Assembly: GCA_050916045.1 (NCBI GenBank) | Contig: CP051526.1 | Location: 512,001 to 576,000, forward strand | Direction of reading: 5' to 3' | Origin: Tepidisphaera sp. | GTDB taxonomy: Bacteria; Planctomycetota; Phycisphaerae; Phycisphaerales; UBA1924 | Length of the DNA stretch: 64,000 nucleotides | Position numbers and translations under genes: made by a program | In this document: in pieces, positions 10,962 to 20,882 of the stretch | How the letters are laid out: each line of letters opens with the position of its first letter | How positions within the stretch are numbered: position 1 is the first letter of the stretch | The notes under the pieces: generated by a model | What the model was told of the DNA's origin: nothing | Databases searched by the model: none | Seen by the model: only the letters and a program-made list of their open reading frames with translations

Positions 10962-11002
10962 AAGAGGCCCGGTCGATCGCGACCGGGCCTCTTTCTTTTT
11001 TT
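10962..11002 (+). terminator. Rho-independent terminator after the fibre/partner operon
   Basis: AAGAGGCCCGGTCG-atcg-CGACCGGGCCTCTT followed by TCTTTTTTT. Confidence 0.85.
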
Positions 11003-11035
11003 GGTTTGGCGGCCGCGAGCGGGGAGGGCTCCGGG

Positions 11036-11554
11036 TCACTTCACGAAGGTGCCGCGGTCGCGGTCCTTGCGGACGCCGGGGAACTTGAGGGCCCGGCCGT
11101 GAGCGACGGCGTAGACGCCGGGAGCGAGGGTGCCTGCGGCGAAGACGGCTTCGGTGAGGTTCTGCATGGCGTCGGAGCGCTTCATCTCGTAGGGGCGCAT
11201 GGCTCCGGTGAGGACGATGGGGACGCGGGGATTGGGATACGCCGCGTGGAGGGCGTCGCCGGTGAGGTGGAGGGTGTCGGTGCCGTGGAGGATGACGATG
11301 CCGACGCAGTTGGTGCCCAGGTCGGCGACGGCGCCCGAGGTGTGCACGGCTTCCACGATGCGGGTGCGGTCGGCGTCGGTCATGTGCAGGCTGTCTTTGC
11401 TCATGAGCTCGACGATGCTGACGGCGGTCTCCTCGAGGCGGAGGCGGCCGAGCATGAGGCGGACGAGGGATCGCTGGTTCTCGAGCGAGCCCGTCCGCTC
11501 GTCGTAGGTCTTCTCGATCGTCCCGCCGGTGGTGATGAGGGTGATGTGCCGCAT
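11036..11554 (-). CDS. Asparaginase N-terminal-domain protein (single domain)
   Basis: ITTGGTIEK, KDSLHMT, HGTDTL, IVLTGAMRP, SDAMQNL. Confidence 0.88.
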   Translation of the reverse strand: MRHITLITTGGTIEKTYDERTGSLENQRSLVRLMLGRLRLEETAVSIVELMSKDSLHMTDADRTRIVEAVHTSGAVADLGTNCVGIVILHGTDTLHLTGDALHAAYPNPRVPIVLTGAMRPYEMKRSDAMQNLTEAVFAAGTLAPGVYAVAHGRALKFPGVRKDRDRGTFVK

Positions 11555-11605
11555 GAGCGGGAGGGTAGGGATCGCGTCCGAAGCCCACGGGCCGGGGAGG
11601 GCGCA

Positions 11606-11644
11606 CGAAAAAGACACGCGGCCCGGGATGAACCGGGCCGCGTG
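11606..11644 (-). terminator. Terminator downstream of rplU
   Basis: CACGCGGCCCGG-n6-CCGGGCCGCGTG with TCTTTTT following on the minus strand. Confidence 0.7.
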
Positions 11645-11721
11645 CTGGTCAGGAACAGAAGGAAATGAAGCGGATGAATGCGGTCTCGCATCCGGAGGGC
11701 GTCGGTCGCCCGCGGAGCGGC

Positions 11722-12048
11722 TTAGCCGTTGATCGCGGTGATCTTGAGGGTCGTGTACCGCTGGCGGTGGCCGTACTTCTTCTTCCAGGTCTTCTTCTGG
11801 CGGTACTTGTAGATGTGGACCTTGTCGCCCATGGTCATCGGGTCGATGACCTCGGCTTCGACGGAGGCGCCGGCGACGTAGGGCTGGCCGATCTTGGCCG
11901 AACCGCCCTCTTTGCCGACGATCATGACCTTGTCGAACTTGATCTTGTGGCCGACGGCCGCTTCGCCGCCGCTCACGAGATCGACCTCGATCACGTCATT
12001 GACCGTCACCCGACGCTGGCCACCGAATTCTTCGATCATCGCGTACAT
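11722..12048 (-). CDS. rplU: 50S ribosomal protein L21
   Basis: MYAMIEEFGGQRRV, IGQPYVAGASVEAEV, YGHRQRYTTLKITAI. Confidence 0.97.
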   Translation of the reverse strand: MYAMIEEFGGQRRVTVNDVIEVDLVSGGEAAVGHKIKFDKVMIVGKEGGSAKIGQPYVAGASVEAEVIDPMTMGDKVHIYKYRQKKTWKKKYGHRQRYTTLKITAING

Positions 12049-12180
12049 CACAAGGCTCCAAGTAGGACGGGAAGGATAGCGGGGACCTCGCGGAAAGCAA
12101 GCGGAAGCGCCAAGTCGACGCGACCAGTGGTCGTAATTTGTACGGTATGCCAGGGCGGCAATGTCCGCGTCCGACGGGTC

Positions 12181-12531
12181 TTACTCTGCCGGTTCGATCG
12201 TCACCGTGAGCTTTTTGGTGAGGAACTGCTCCTGGTAGAGCTCGGCGCGTTCCTTGTGGGTCACCAGAAGCAGGGCCACACCGGACTCGTGGGCTTCCAT
12301 CGTGAGCTCGATGGCCCGGAGTGGGGGTGTGGGGGTGAGGGCGATGATGGACCGGACGACCCACTCGACGTCGTTCACGTCGTCGTTGTGGAGGAGGACT
12401 TTGAAGGGGGGGAGGTGGTCGACGCGGGGGGGTGGAGTCTTCGGGGCGGGCGCGGTGGCGACGGGGGCCTCGCTTGCCGACGGGGCTTGAGTCGGAGCGG
12501 TGGGCTGGTTGGGAGCGGATTCGTCGGCCAT
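12181..12531 (-). CDS. clpS: ATP-dependent Clp protease adaptor ClpS
   Basis: FKVLLHNDDVNDVEWVV, MEAHESGVALL, LTVTIEP. Confidence 0.92.
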   Translation of the reverse strand: MADESAPNQPTAPTQAPSASEAPVATAPAPKTPPPRVDHLPPFKVLLHNDDVNDVEWVVRSIIALTPTPPLRAIELTMEAHESGVALLLVTHKERAELYQEQFLTKKLTVTIEPAE

Positions 12532-12554
12532 GGCGGATTCTCCGCGCGATCGTA

Positions 12555-14252
12555 TCAGTGGAGCACGCGGAACGCTTCGGCTTCATCGGTGAAGCCGAGG
12601 GCGATCTTGTCCTTGGCGTCGTCGTGCATGGTGCGGAAGCCGCCGGCGCGGGCGGCGTCGAAGAGGGTCATGGCGTCGGAGTTCTTGGCTGTCAGGCGGC
12701 GGAGCTCATCGGTCATGAGCATGAGCTCATAGACCGCGAGGCGGCCCTTGTAGCCCGTGCCGTAGCAGACGTCGCACCGGGTGCCGCCGAGCTGTCCCGA
12801 ACCGACGCAGATCTTGCACTTGCGGCGGAGGAGGCGCTGAGCCAGCACACCGAGCAGGGTCGAGGTGATGAGGTACGGCTCGACGCCGATGTCGACCAGG
12901 CGGGTGATCGCGCCGGGAGCGTCGTTGGTGTGGAGCGTGGCGAGCACGAGGTGGCCCGTGAGCGAAGCTTGGATGGCGAGCTGGGCCGTCTCGTTGTCGC
13001 GGATTTCGCCGACGAGGATGACGTCGGGGTCCTGGCGAAGCAGCGACCGGAGGCCGGAGGCGAAGGTCACGCCGCGCTTGACGTTGACCTGCATCTGCGA
13101 GATCCCGTCCATGTGGTATTCGACGGGGTCTTCGATCGTCATCACGTTGCGGCTGCCGCGGTCGATGCGGCCCAGAGCGGCGTACAGGCTCGTCGTTTTA
13201 CCCGAGCCGGTGGGGCCGGTGACGAGGATGATGCCGGTGGGGCGTTCGACCAAGTCCATGAACTGGCCCTGCATGGCTTTGGACATGCCGACCTGATCGA
13301 GGCTGAGCTGCGTCTGGGACTGGTCGAGCAAGCGGAGGACGAGGCGCTCGCCGTACACCGTGGGGATGCAGGAGAAGCGGATGTCGATCTTGCGTGAACC
13401 GATACGGACGGAGGTGTGGCCGTCCTGCGGGCTGTGGCGGTTGGCGATGTCGAGCTCGGTCATCACCTTCATGCGCGAGGAGATCGCGGGGGCGAGCGAG
13501 AGCGGGGGGGTGAAGGCGTCCACCAGCATGCCGTCGATGCGGAAGCGGATGACGAGCTTATTTTCCATCGGGTGAACGTGGACGTCCGAAGCGCGGCGGC
13601 GCAGGGCTTCGAAGAGGATCATGTTCACGAGGCGGATGACGGGGGTCTGGCGGGCGAGCTGGAGGAGATCGGTGGACTGGCCCGCGGAGCCCGCGGCGGC
13701 GGCGATGACGCCCTCGTCCAGGGGCATTTCCTCGATGATCTCTTCGACCAGGCCCTGACGCTGCTCATAGCCGCGGTTGATCAGGTTCGCGACGCTCGCC
13801 CGCGGCGAGAGCACGATCCGGATGGGCATCTCGAGGTGGTCCTCGACGATGGTGAAAGCCTGGGGCGTCAGGGGCTGAGCGGTGGCGCAGACCATGACCA
13901 TGGAGGAGGAGCCGGGGGCGGCGGGCTCTTCCTCGACGCCGGCGATGTGGTAGAACCGGGCGACGTCGCCGGGGACGGTTTCGTAGAACCGGGCGGAGGA
14001 GTCCTGGAGCTTGGGTTCGGCGACGAATCCGAGGCCGGTGCGTTTCGCGAGGGTCTCGAGGCCCTCGTGCTCATCCACGGCGAGCATGGAGAGGAGGGAA
14101 TCCCACGGCTCGACGTCGGCGCCTTCCATTTCGCGGAACTGGCGGACGTGCTCGGGCGACAGCTTGAACGGCTGGAGCAATTCCGAGACGCGAGCGAGAT
14201 CGCGCGGCGAATCGGTGGACAGGCTTTCCGACGAAGCGGGGCGTGGGGGCAT
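12555..14252 (-). CDS. gspE: Type II secretion / type IV pilus assembly ATPase (GspE/PulE family)
   Basis: ASDVHVHP, PQDG, Walker A GPTGSGKTT, TIEDPVEY, LRQDPDVILVGEIRD, LTGHLVLATLHTN, Cys motif and GYKGR. Confidence 0.93.
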   Translation of the reverse strand: MPPRPASSESLSTDSPRDLARVSELLQPFKLSPEHVRQFREMEGADVEPWDSLLSMLAVDEHEGLETLAKRTGLGFVAEPKLQDSSARFYETVPGDVARFYHIAGVEEEPAAPGSSSMVMVCATAQPLTPQAFTIVEDHLEMPIRIVLSPRASVANLINRGYEQRQGLVEEIIEEMPLDEGVIAAAAGSAGQSTDLLQLARQTPVIRLVNMILFEALRRRASDVHVHPMENKLVIRFRIDGMLVDAFTPPLSLAPAISSRMKVMTELDIANRHSPQDGHTSVRIGSRKIDIRFSCIPTVYGERLVLRLLDQSQTQLSLDQVGMSKAMQGQFMDLVERPTGIILVTGPTGSGKTTSLYAALGRIDRGSRNVMTIEDPVEYHMDGISQMQVNVKRGVTFASGLRSLLRQDPDVILVGEIRDNETAQLAIQASLTGHLVLATLHTNDAPGAITRLVDIGVEPYLITSTLLGVLAQRLLRRKCKICVGSGQLGGTRCDVCYGTGYKGRLAVYELMLMTDELRRLTAKNSDAMTLFDAARAGGFRTMHDDAKDKIALGFTDEAEAFRVLH

Positions 14253-14258
14253 GGGGAT

Positions 14259-17102
14259 TTACTGCTTGGTCTGTTCTGCGGCGGGCTCGGCGGCGGGGCT
14301 GGGGTTGGAGTCGGCCGGGGGCGGCGTGAGGGAAGCGTCGGGAGCGGCTTTGGGAGCGGGTGCGGTGCCGGGCTCTCTGATCTCGAGGAAATCGACGAGG
14401 ACGGGCTTCATCTCGGGCATGCCCGGGGTGATGCCCGCGGTTTTCATCGCCGGCTTGGTGAGCAGGATCATGTCCTGGAAGCGTTCATCGCGCTGCACGC
14501 GGGGCGTGATGAAGACGTAGAGGGTGGTCTTGCTCTTGATGCGGCTCTGGTCCTGGAAGAGGAAGCCCAGGAAGGGGATGTCGCCCAGGAGCGGGATCTT
14601 GTCGACGGTGTCGCGGTTGGTGTCGATCACGACGCCACCGATGACGATCGTCATGTTCGCGGGGACCTGCACCTTGCTGCTGATGTTGTTGGTGTTCTTG
14701 GGCGGGGGCAGGGTTTCGGTGCCGGTGCCGGTGAAGCTGGAGAGTTCGACGTCGATCTCCATGCCGACGCTGTCGCCGGGGCCGATCTGCGGCTTTTTGA
14801 CGGTCAGCTTGGTGCCGGCTTCCTCGTATCCGCCGAAGGAGATGGAGTCGCCGCCCTGATCGGAGGTGGCGAGGTTTCGGGTGGCGGTGGGCTGTTCTTC
14901 CTTGCTTTCGACGATCGCTTCTTCGGTGTTGGCGTCGACGAGGAGCGAGGGGGAGGAGAGCACGCGGGTGTCAACGACGGTTCGGAGGGCGTTGATGACG
15001 ATGGGGACCTGGTCGGACTTGATGATCGCGCCGGTGATGCCCTTGAGGTTTGTCTTGGGGTTTTTGCGGCCGGGGAGGCCGGTGCCGGTGGGGAAGTCGG
15101 AAAGGCCGAAGTTGGTGTTGACGACGCCGCCGGTGCCGTTGGCGTTGATGAGCTGGTTTTCGAACGCGAGGCGGAAGGTGTCCGAGCCGGTCACGGCGAC
15201 GATCTGGGCTTCGATGTAGACCTGCGGGACGGGGAGGTCGAGGCGGGAGATGAGTTCCTTGTAGTACGCCTGCTCCTTGAGCGGAGCTTTCACGATGACC
15301 TGGTTGTTGGGCTCATCGGCGACGATGAAGCTGTTTTTGCCGGAGATGGAGAGGTCGTTGCCGCTGACGTAGACCGGCGGGGTAACGATGATGGGCTGCT
15401 GGTTGTTCCGGCCGCCGGAAGGGAGCATGCCGCTTTCGTTCTCGCCGCCCTGGGGGGTCTGGTTGTTGATGAGCCCGAGGACGGTGGCGGCGACCTCCTT
15501 GGACTTGGCGTAGACGAGGCGGTATTCGCGCATCACGATCGCGTCGTTTTCCGGCTCGATTTCCTTGATGAGGCGGTCCATCTCGGCGTGGAGCTTGGGG
15601 GTGGCGTAGTAGATGATCTGGCCGCGACCTTCGTCGACGACTAGGACGGCGCCGCCGGTGAGGGCCTGCTGCTGGTTCTGGGCGTTGCGGCGCGAGCCGT
15701 CGTCGTAGTAGTAGCCGAAGTTCATGCCCCGGTTGACTTCATCCTGGGACTTGATGGTCGTGACCTCGCCCATGCCGCGCTGGCGGGCGATGTCGGCGAC
15801 GGCTTTGGCGGATGAGCCGACGCGGTAGGTCTTGGGTTCGAGGCGGCTTTGGGCGTCGACGATCTTGATGAGGGCTTTGACGTACTCGACCTCTTCCTTC
15901 TTGCCGCGGAAGAAGAGGGAGTTGCCGTTGGGGCTCGCGGTCAGGCGTTCCGCGAGGTTGTCCATGTTGGTTTTGGCGGCGGCGGCTTGGGGCTGCTGCT
16001 GCTGGATGGGGTTGCCGTAGTCGTCGAACTGGCGGTTGCCCTGACGGCTGTTGCCCTGGGGTGCCTGCCCGAGCATCTCAAGGATTCGCTGCTTGGCGAC
16101 GGTGGGTGACACAAAGTTGAGGTCGATCTCGGTGACCTGGATGAGGGCGTATTCCTTGATGACCCGTTCGATGACGGTGGCGACCTCGTCGATGCGACGC
16201 TGGCTGTCGACCATGATGATCAGGCCGAGTTCATCGTTGTAGACGATGCGGCCCCCGCCCGAGCCGCCGCCGCCGGCGTTGCCGGGCTGGGGCTGGGCGA
16301 TGGGCATGCCGTTCTCATCGACGCCGCCGCCCTGCGGCTGGCCGCGGTTGGGGGCGCGGTTGCCGCCGACCACGGAGGCGCCGCCCGAGCCGAGCAGGCC
16401 GTCGATCATGGATTTGAGCGAGCTTGGACGGATCCCCTCGGTAACGAAGACGCGGGTGGTCATCGAGCTTTCGCCGAGTTCAAACTCGGCGCTGCCGGCG
16501 GGGACCACGGCGTAAAACTCGGTGCGGCGGTCGTAGACCAGGACGTACTTGTGAAGCTCAAGCCACGCGCGGAGCATGTCGAGCAGGCGTTCCTTCTTGA
16601 TCTTGACCGGAGCGTTGAAAACGATGCTGCCGGAAAGGTTCGGATCCGAGTAGATGTTGATCTCGAGCGTCTGGGCGACGATTTCAACCAAGGTGGTGAG
16701 CTCGACCGCTTCGGCGAAGTTCGAGAACTCGATGAACCCGTCTCCGGCGTCGATGTTGGGAACCTCGACCGCTTCCTCGGCCGGTGCTTCGGCATTGCCG
16801 GGATTGAAGCCCGGGGGGTTGGCACCGCCGGGCTGGTTCGGGCGACCGCCGACCGCGGGGTTGTTCCGATTCTGGGGGAAGCCGGGCTGGGCCGTGGCGC
16901 TGTTGCGGCCGCCGACCTGCGGCTTGGCCGAGGGAACCTTGCCCGACCCGGCGGGCTGGGGGGGGAGTACCGGGACGGCTTTGTCCTGAGCGTGCGTGAC
17001 GGAGCCCAGAGCGAGGACCAGGCCTGCGACCGCGAAGAGGCTTGCCGCGTGGGGGCGGGAAGGGGACAGGTGGCGCGGGCGGCGGGCGTGGAAGTTCTGC
17101 AC
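14259..17102 (-). CDS. gspD: Type II secretion system secretin (GspD-like)
   Basis: QVYIEAQIVAV, VLSSPSLLV, YEEAGTKLTV, KIPLLGDIPFLGFLF, LYVFITPRV. Probable GTG start at 17102 (GGAG upstream) followed by a signal peptide ending THA|Q. Confidence 0.9.
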   Translation of the reverse strand: MQNFHARRPRHLSPSRPHAASLFAVAGLVLALGSVTHAQDKAVPVLPPQPAGSGKVPSAKPQVGGRNSATAQPGFPQNRNNPAVGGRPNQPGGANPPGFNPGNAEAPAEEAVEVPNIDAGDGFIEFSNFAEAVELTTLVEIVAQTLEINIYSDPNLSGSIVFNAPVKIKKERLLDMLRAWLELHKYVLVYDRRTEFYAVVPAGSAEFELGESSMTTRVFVTEGIRPSSLKSMIDGLLGSGGASVVGGNRAPNRGQPQGGGVDENGMPIAQPQPGNAGGGGSGGGRIVYNDELGLIIMVDSQRRIDEVATVIERVIKEYALIQVTEIDLNFVSPTVAKQRILEMLGQAPQGNSRQGNRQFDDYGNPIQQQQPQAAAAKTNMDNLAERLTASPNGNSLFFRGKKEEVEYVKALIKIVDAQSRLEPKTYRVGSSAKAVADIARQRGMGEVTTIKSQDEVNRGMNFGYYYDDGSRRNAQNQQQALTGGAVLVVDEGRGQIIYYATPKLHAEMDRLIKEIEPENDAIVMREYRLVYAKSKEVAATVLGLINNQTPQGGENESGMLPSGGRNNQQPIIVTPPVYVSGNDLSISGKNSFIVADEPNNQVIVKAPLKEQAYYKELISRLDLPVPQVYIEAQIVAVTGSDTFRLAFENQLINANGTGGVVNTNFGLSDFPTGTGLPGRKNPKTNLKGITGAIIKSDQVPIVINALRTVVDTRVLSSPSLLVDANTEEAIVESKEEQPTATRNLATSDQGGDSISFGGYEEAGTKLTVKKPQIGPGDSVGMEIDVELSSFTGTGTETLPPPKNTNNISSKVQVPANMTIVIGGVVIDTNRDTVDKIPLLGDIPFLGFLFQDQSRIKSKTTLYVFITPRVQRDERFQDMILLTKPAMKTAGITPGMPEMKPVLVDFLEIREPGTAPAPKAAPDASLTPPPADSNPSPAAEPAAEQTKQ

Positions 17103-17315
17103 AGGCGGATCTCCGAGGAATGAATCGGGCACGGCTATGGTAACGGCGGGACGCGAGCGGTGTGCACCCATGTGCTTCGCCCGGGTTCGAGCGGCTCCAC
17201 AAGCCGGGGACGCTTTGTATCGGCGTCTTTGGAAGCGGGGCCCAAATCTAGCGCCGCAGAGGTGTTCGGCGTTCGCGCCGTGTGCGCAATCCGCCAGACT
17301 TCGACAAATCCACCC

Positions 17316-18335
17316 GTGAACGCCCCAACACATCCCGATCACCCTTCACCGGCCCGAGCCGCGTCCCCGCGCCGGGTGGTCAGCCTGCTTCCATCGGCGA
17401 CCGAGATCGTGTCCCTGGTGGGGGGTGGCGAGCTTTTGGTCGGGCGTTCGCACGAATGCGATTATCCGCCGGGGGTGGGCCGTCTCCCGGTGCTGACCTC
17501 GGCCCGGACGAGCGGGGACGATCCGGCGGACCTGGACCGGCAGGTGCGTGAGTCGACGGCGGCGGGTGCGTCGCTGTATAACCTCGACGGCGACCTTCTG
17601 GCGGAACTTGCGCCGGACCTGATCATCACGCAGGACCTTTGCTCGGTGTGTTCGATCGACCTGGCGGCGGTTCGTCGCGTGGCGATGGGCATGGCGAACC
17701 CGCCCGAGGTGCTCAGCTTGAATCCCGAGACGGTGGAGGGGGTGCTTGATGATGTGCTCCGCGTCGGGCAGGCGCTCGGGCGCGTCGAAGCGGCGACGCG
17801 GGCGGCGGTCGGCTTGCGCGAGCGGCTTTTCGCGGCGGGGGAGCACGTCAATCCGTTTGATGATGGCCCGAGCGTGGCGTTTCTCGAGTGGACCGATCCG
17901 CTTTTCGTCGGCGGGCACTGGGTGCCGCAGCTTGTGGAGCGAGCGGGGGGTCGGCACGTGCTGAATCCGACGGCGCCGCGAGCGACCGCGGGAGCGGCGA
18001 TCGGCCCGCAGATGGCCGAACGTGTCGCGGGCAAATCGGTCGTGGTGACGCCGGAGGCGTTTCAGGCGAGCGAGCCGGAGTGGATCATTATCTGTCCCTG
18101 CGGGGTGAACCTGCGGGGCGCGGTGGAGATGGCGAAGGCGATCGCGCGGGCTTCGTGGTTTCGCGAGACTCCGGCGGCTCGCAGGGGTCGTGTCGCGGTG
18201 GTGGACGGGAATCAGATGTTTGCGCGGCCGGGGCCGAGGCTTGTGGACGGGTTTGAGTTTCTGGTGGGGCTCTTGAATGATCGGCCGGACGTGATTCCGG
18301 CGGATTTCCCGTGGACGAAGCTTGAGGTTGGATGA
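17316..18335 (+). CDS. BtuF-like / Fe-siderophore-type ABC transporter substrate-binding protein
   Basis: RVVSLLPSATEIV, VGRSHECDYP, PDLIITQDLC, FLEWTDP..GGHWVP, RPGPRLVDG. Start uncertain. Confidence 0.85.
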   Translation: MNAPTHPDHPSPARAASPRRVVSLLPSATEIVSLVGGGELLVGRSHECDYPPGVGRLPVLTSARTSGDDPADLDRQVRESTAAGASLYNLDGDLLAELAPDLIITQDLCSVCSIDLAAVRRVAMGMANPPEVLSLNPETVEGVLDDVLRVGQALGRVEAATRAAVGLRERLFAAGEHVNPFDDGPSVAFLEWTDPLFVGGHWVPQLVERAGGRHVLNPTAPRATAGAAIGPQMAERVAGKSVVVTPEAFQASEPEWIIICPCGVNLRGAVEMAKAIARASWFRETPAARRGRVAVVDGNQMFARPGPRLVDGFEFLVGLLNDRPDVIPADFPWTKLEVG

Positions 18336-20882
18336 TCAGGCGCGGCGGCGGCGTCCGGCGGCCAGCCCTGCGAGGGCGAGGAGGCCGATCGTGCCCGGGG
18401 CGGGGACCACAACGAAGCTGATGGTGTTTTCGGTGAAGATCGGCTGAAGGAAGAGGTCCTGCGACTCGATCGCCAGATCGAACTGGGCGAAGGTGCCGCT
18501 GATGGGGCCGTCGAAGGTGAAGACGTTGGCGAAGACCTGGCCGAGCGTCCCGGCGAAGGTCGCATCGTTGATGATGATCGCGCCGGCCGCTCCGTCCTCG
18601 AAGGTGGTGGTGCCGAAGATGGTGAACTGGTCGTACCCGCCGAGCTGGGTGGCGTTGATGAGGTCGAGGGTGAAGCTGCTGCCCGCGGCGACGGTGAGGC
18701 TTCCCTGGATGGAGAGGGTGCCGGCTTCGCCATCGCTGAACCCGCCGTGATGCTGGAGATCGGCGTTGATGAGGCCGCTTCCGCGGATGAGGCCGAAGTT
18801 GTTGTACTGGCCCAGAACGGTGAGGATTCCGTTGTCGAGTTCGACCGTGCCGGTCTGGTCGAGGTCGCCGGAGACGACGACTTCGCCGACGGTGCGCGGG
18901 CCGGTGCCCGTGCCGATCTTGAGCGCGCCGTCGAGGGTGAGGCCGCCGCCGACGGTGAACAGCTTGTTCCGGACGTTGAGCGTACCGGTGTTGGCGATGG
19001 TGTTGAGCGGGGCGAAGGCGTCATTGCCGGCGAGGTCGACGATTCGGCCGTTGTCACCGTCGAGGGTGATGTTGTTCTCGATGCGGGTAACGGCCGCGTT
19101 CTGGAAGCGGAGCGTGCCCTTGATGTCGAAGGTGCCGCCGCTGAAGACGCCGCCGGAGAAGTTGGTGAGTTCCGACCCGGCTCGCACGATGAACTCGCTG
19201 CCATCCGCGACCGCGAGGCGGCCCGCGCCGAGGACCGAGAAGTCCGCGGTCGAAAGCGTCGTGTAGGTCGTGCTTCCGGTCAGCGTGAAGGAGCCGGAGC
19301 CACCAATCACGCTCCAGTCGGCGAGGGCGTCATCGCCGACGTCGGTCAGGATCTTCGCGGAGGAGGTGTTGAAGGTCACGTCCGAGTCGATGACGTTGAT
19401 GGTCTGGCCCGCGCCGGCGCGGAGTTCGCCGGAAAGGTCGAACGTCCCGCCCGCGAGGGTTCCGGCTTGGATGTTCGTAATCGTTGAACCGGCTTGCACC
19501 TCGACCACCCCGCTGACGCCGACGGTGAGCGTGCCGTCAACGGTGAGGTCGCCGGCGGTCGTGAAGGTGCGGTTGCTCACGCCGAGCGAACCCGCCGCGC
19601 CGACGGTCAGAGCGCCATCAAAGGCCGTTGTGCCGGAGCTGCTCAGGATCGTGGCCAAGCCGCCGTCGAGCGCCAGGTTTGACTCGATCCGACGGATCGA
19701 AGCCCCGTCGAAGGTGAAGCTGCTGTCGAAGAGGTTGAACGTGCCGCCCGCGAGCGTCTGCGTGCCGGCGTTGTAGTTGGTGAGCGACGAGCCCGAAGCG
19801 ACGGTGAAGCTCGAGCCGCCCGCGTCGTCTTCGGCGCCGATGGTCAGCGTGCCCGCGTTCGTGAAATCGCCGAGCGTCGTGAATGAGCGTCCGTCGCTGA
19901 CGGTGAGGCTTCCCTCCGAGCCGTTGACCGCGAGCGAGTTGATTCCGTCAAAGCGGGAGTTCGTGCCGACCAGTTCGACGGTGGCGTTGTTCTCGGTGAT
20001 CTCGACCGCGACATCCCCGAGGTCCACGATCTGAAGTTCGCCGGTGTCTTCGGAGCGGAACCGGCCGCCGACGAGGTTGCCGCTGTTGAGGTTGGAGAGC
20101 TGGTTGACCTTGAGGATGCCGGAGGAGACGCGGATCAGTCCGCCGCCGGAGTTGTTGATGGTGACGCGGTTGAAGAACGAGGTGCCGCTTGAGAGCTTGT
20201 GGATGATGCCGTTGTTGAAGATCGTGCCCGTGGCGCCCAAGCCGTTGTACCCGAAGGTCGCGGCGGAATTGATCCGCATGGTGGAAGCGGACGAGAGCGT
20301 GATGCTCGCGGCGCGGCCCATGACGATGTTGCCCGAGCCGTTCCAGTCCATGAACGCGCCGCGGTGGTCCACGCCGGTGTCGCAGATTTCGTCGGTGGTC
20401 GAGTTCGCGAAGGTCACGTTGCCCCAGAAGGTCGCGCCGGTCGTGCGGCGGAGGCGGGCTCCGTTGTTGAAGGTGGTGTTGCCGAAGACGGTCAGGGTGC
20501 CCGTGCCCCCCAGCTCGCGGCGGCCGTAAAACTCCGACCCCAGCGTCATGTTCTGGTTGACGACGAGGCTGTTGGTGTTGTTGAGGCTGAAGATCGCGCC
20601 GCCGCCGGGGTTATGGGTGAAGTTCTCGATCGTCGCGTTGATGTCGAGGTTGACGGTGTACGCGCCCGCGATGTTGATCACCGCGTTGAAGGTGTTCGGG
20701 AAGTTGTTGTTCGGGATGCCGTTCGGCGACCAGTTGGAAGCGTTGTTCCAGTTGCCGCCCGCGCCGTTGGTCCACGTCAGGGTGGTCTGGGCGAGGGAGG
20801 TGCAGGCCGTGCCCGCCAGCATCGCAAGGGCGGCGGGCGCGCAGAGTCGACCGGCGAACAAGGAACGATATTTCGTCGTCAT
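18336..20882 (-). CDS. Beta-strand-repeat surface glycoprotein-like protein with PEP-CTERM-type (VPAPG) sorting signal
   Basis: Signal peptide ending SLA|Q; WNNASNWS start; Asn/Gly/Thr-rich repeats (TLAGGTF); C-terminus VVVPAPGTIGLLALAGLAAGRRRRA. Confidence 0.88.
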   Translation of the reverse strand: MTTKYRSLFAGRLCAPAALAMLAGTACTSLAQTTLTWTNGAGGNWNNASNWSPNGIPNNNFPNTFNAVINIAGAYTVNLDINATIENFTHNPGGGAIFSLNNTNSLVVNQNMTLGSEFYGRRELGGTGTLTVFGNTTFNNGARLRRTTGATFWGNVTFANSTTDEICDTGVDHRGAFMDWNGSGNIVMGRAASITLSSASTMRINSAATFGYNGLGATGTIFNNGIIHKLSSGTSFFNRVTINNSGGGLIRVSSGILKVNQLSNLNSGNLVGGRFRSEDTGELQIVDLGDVAVEITENNATVELVGTNSRFDGINSLAVNGSEGSLTVSDGRSFTTLGDFTNAGTLTIGAEDDAGGSSFTVASGSSLTNYNAGTQTLAGGTFNLFDSSFTFDGASIRRIESNLALDGGLATILSSSGTTAFDGALTVGAAGSLGVSNRTFTTAGDLTVDGTLTVGVSGVVEVQAGSTITNIQAGTLAGGTFDLSGELRAGAGQTINVIDSDVTFNTSSAKILTDVGDDALADWSVIGGSGSFTLTGSTTYTTLSTADFSVLGAGRLAVADGSEFIVRAGSELTNFSGGVFSGGTFDIKGTLRFQNAAVTRIENNITLDGDNGRIVDLAGNDAFAPLNTIANTGTLNVRNKLFTVGGGLTLDGALKIGTGTGPRTVGEVVVSGDLDQTGTVELDNGILTVLGQYNNFGLIRGSGLINADLQHHGGFSDGEAGTLSIQGSLTVAAGSSFTLDLINATQLGGYDQFTIFGTTTFEDGAAGAIIINDATFAGTLGQVFANVFTFDGPISGTFAQFDLAIESQDLFLQPIFTENTISFVVVPAPGTIGLLALAGLAAGRRRRA

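Noticed and set aside
17103..17315. Cobalamin riboswitch before the BtuF-like gene
   Set aside because: No recognisable B12-box or conserved core in this short divergent intergenic region; an Rfam scan would be decisive.
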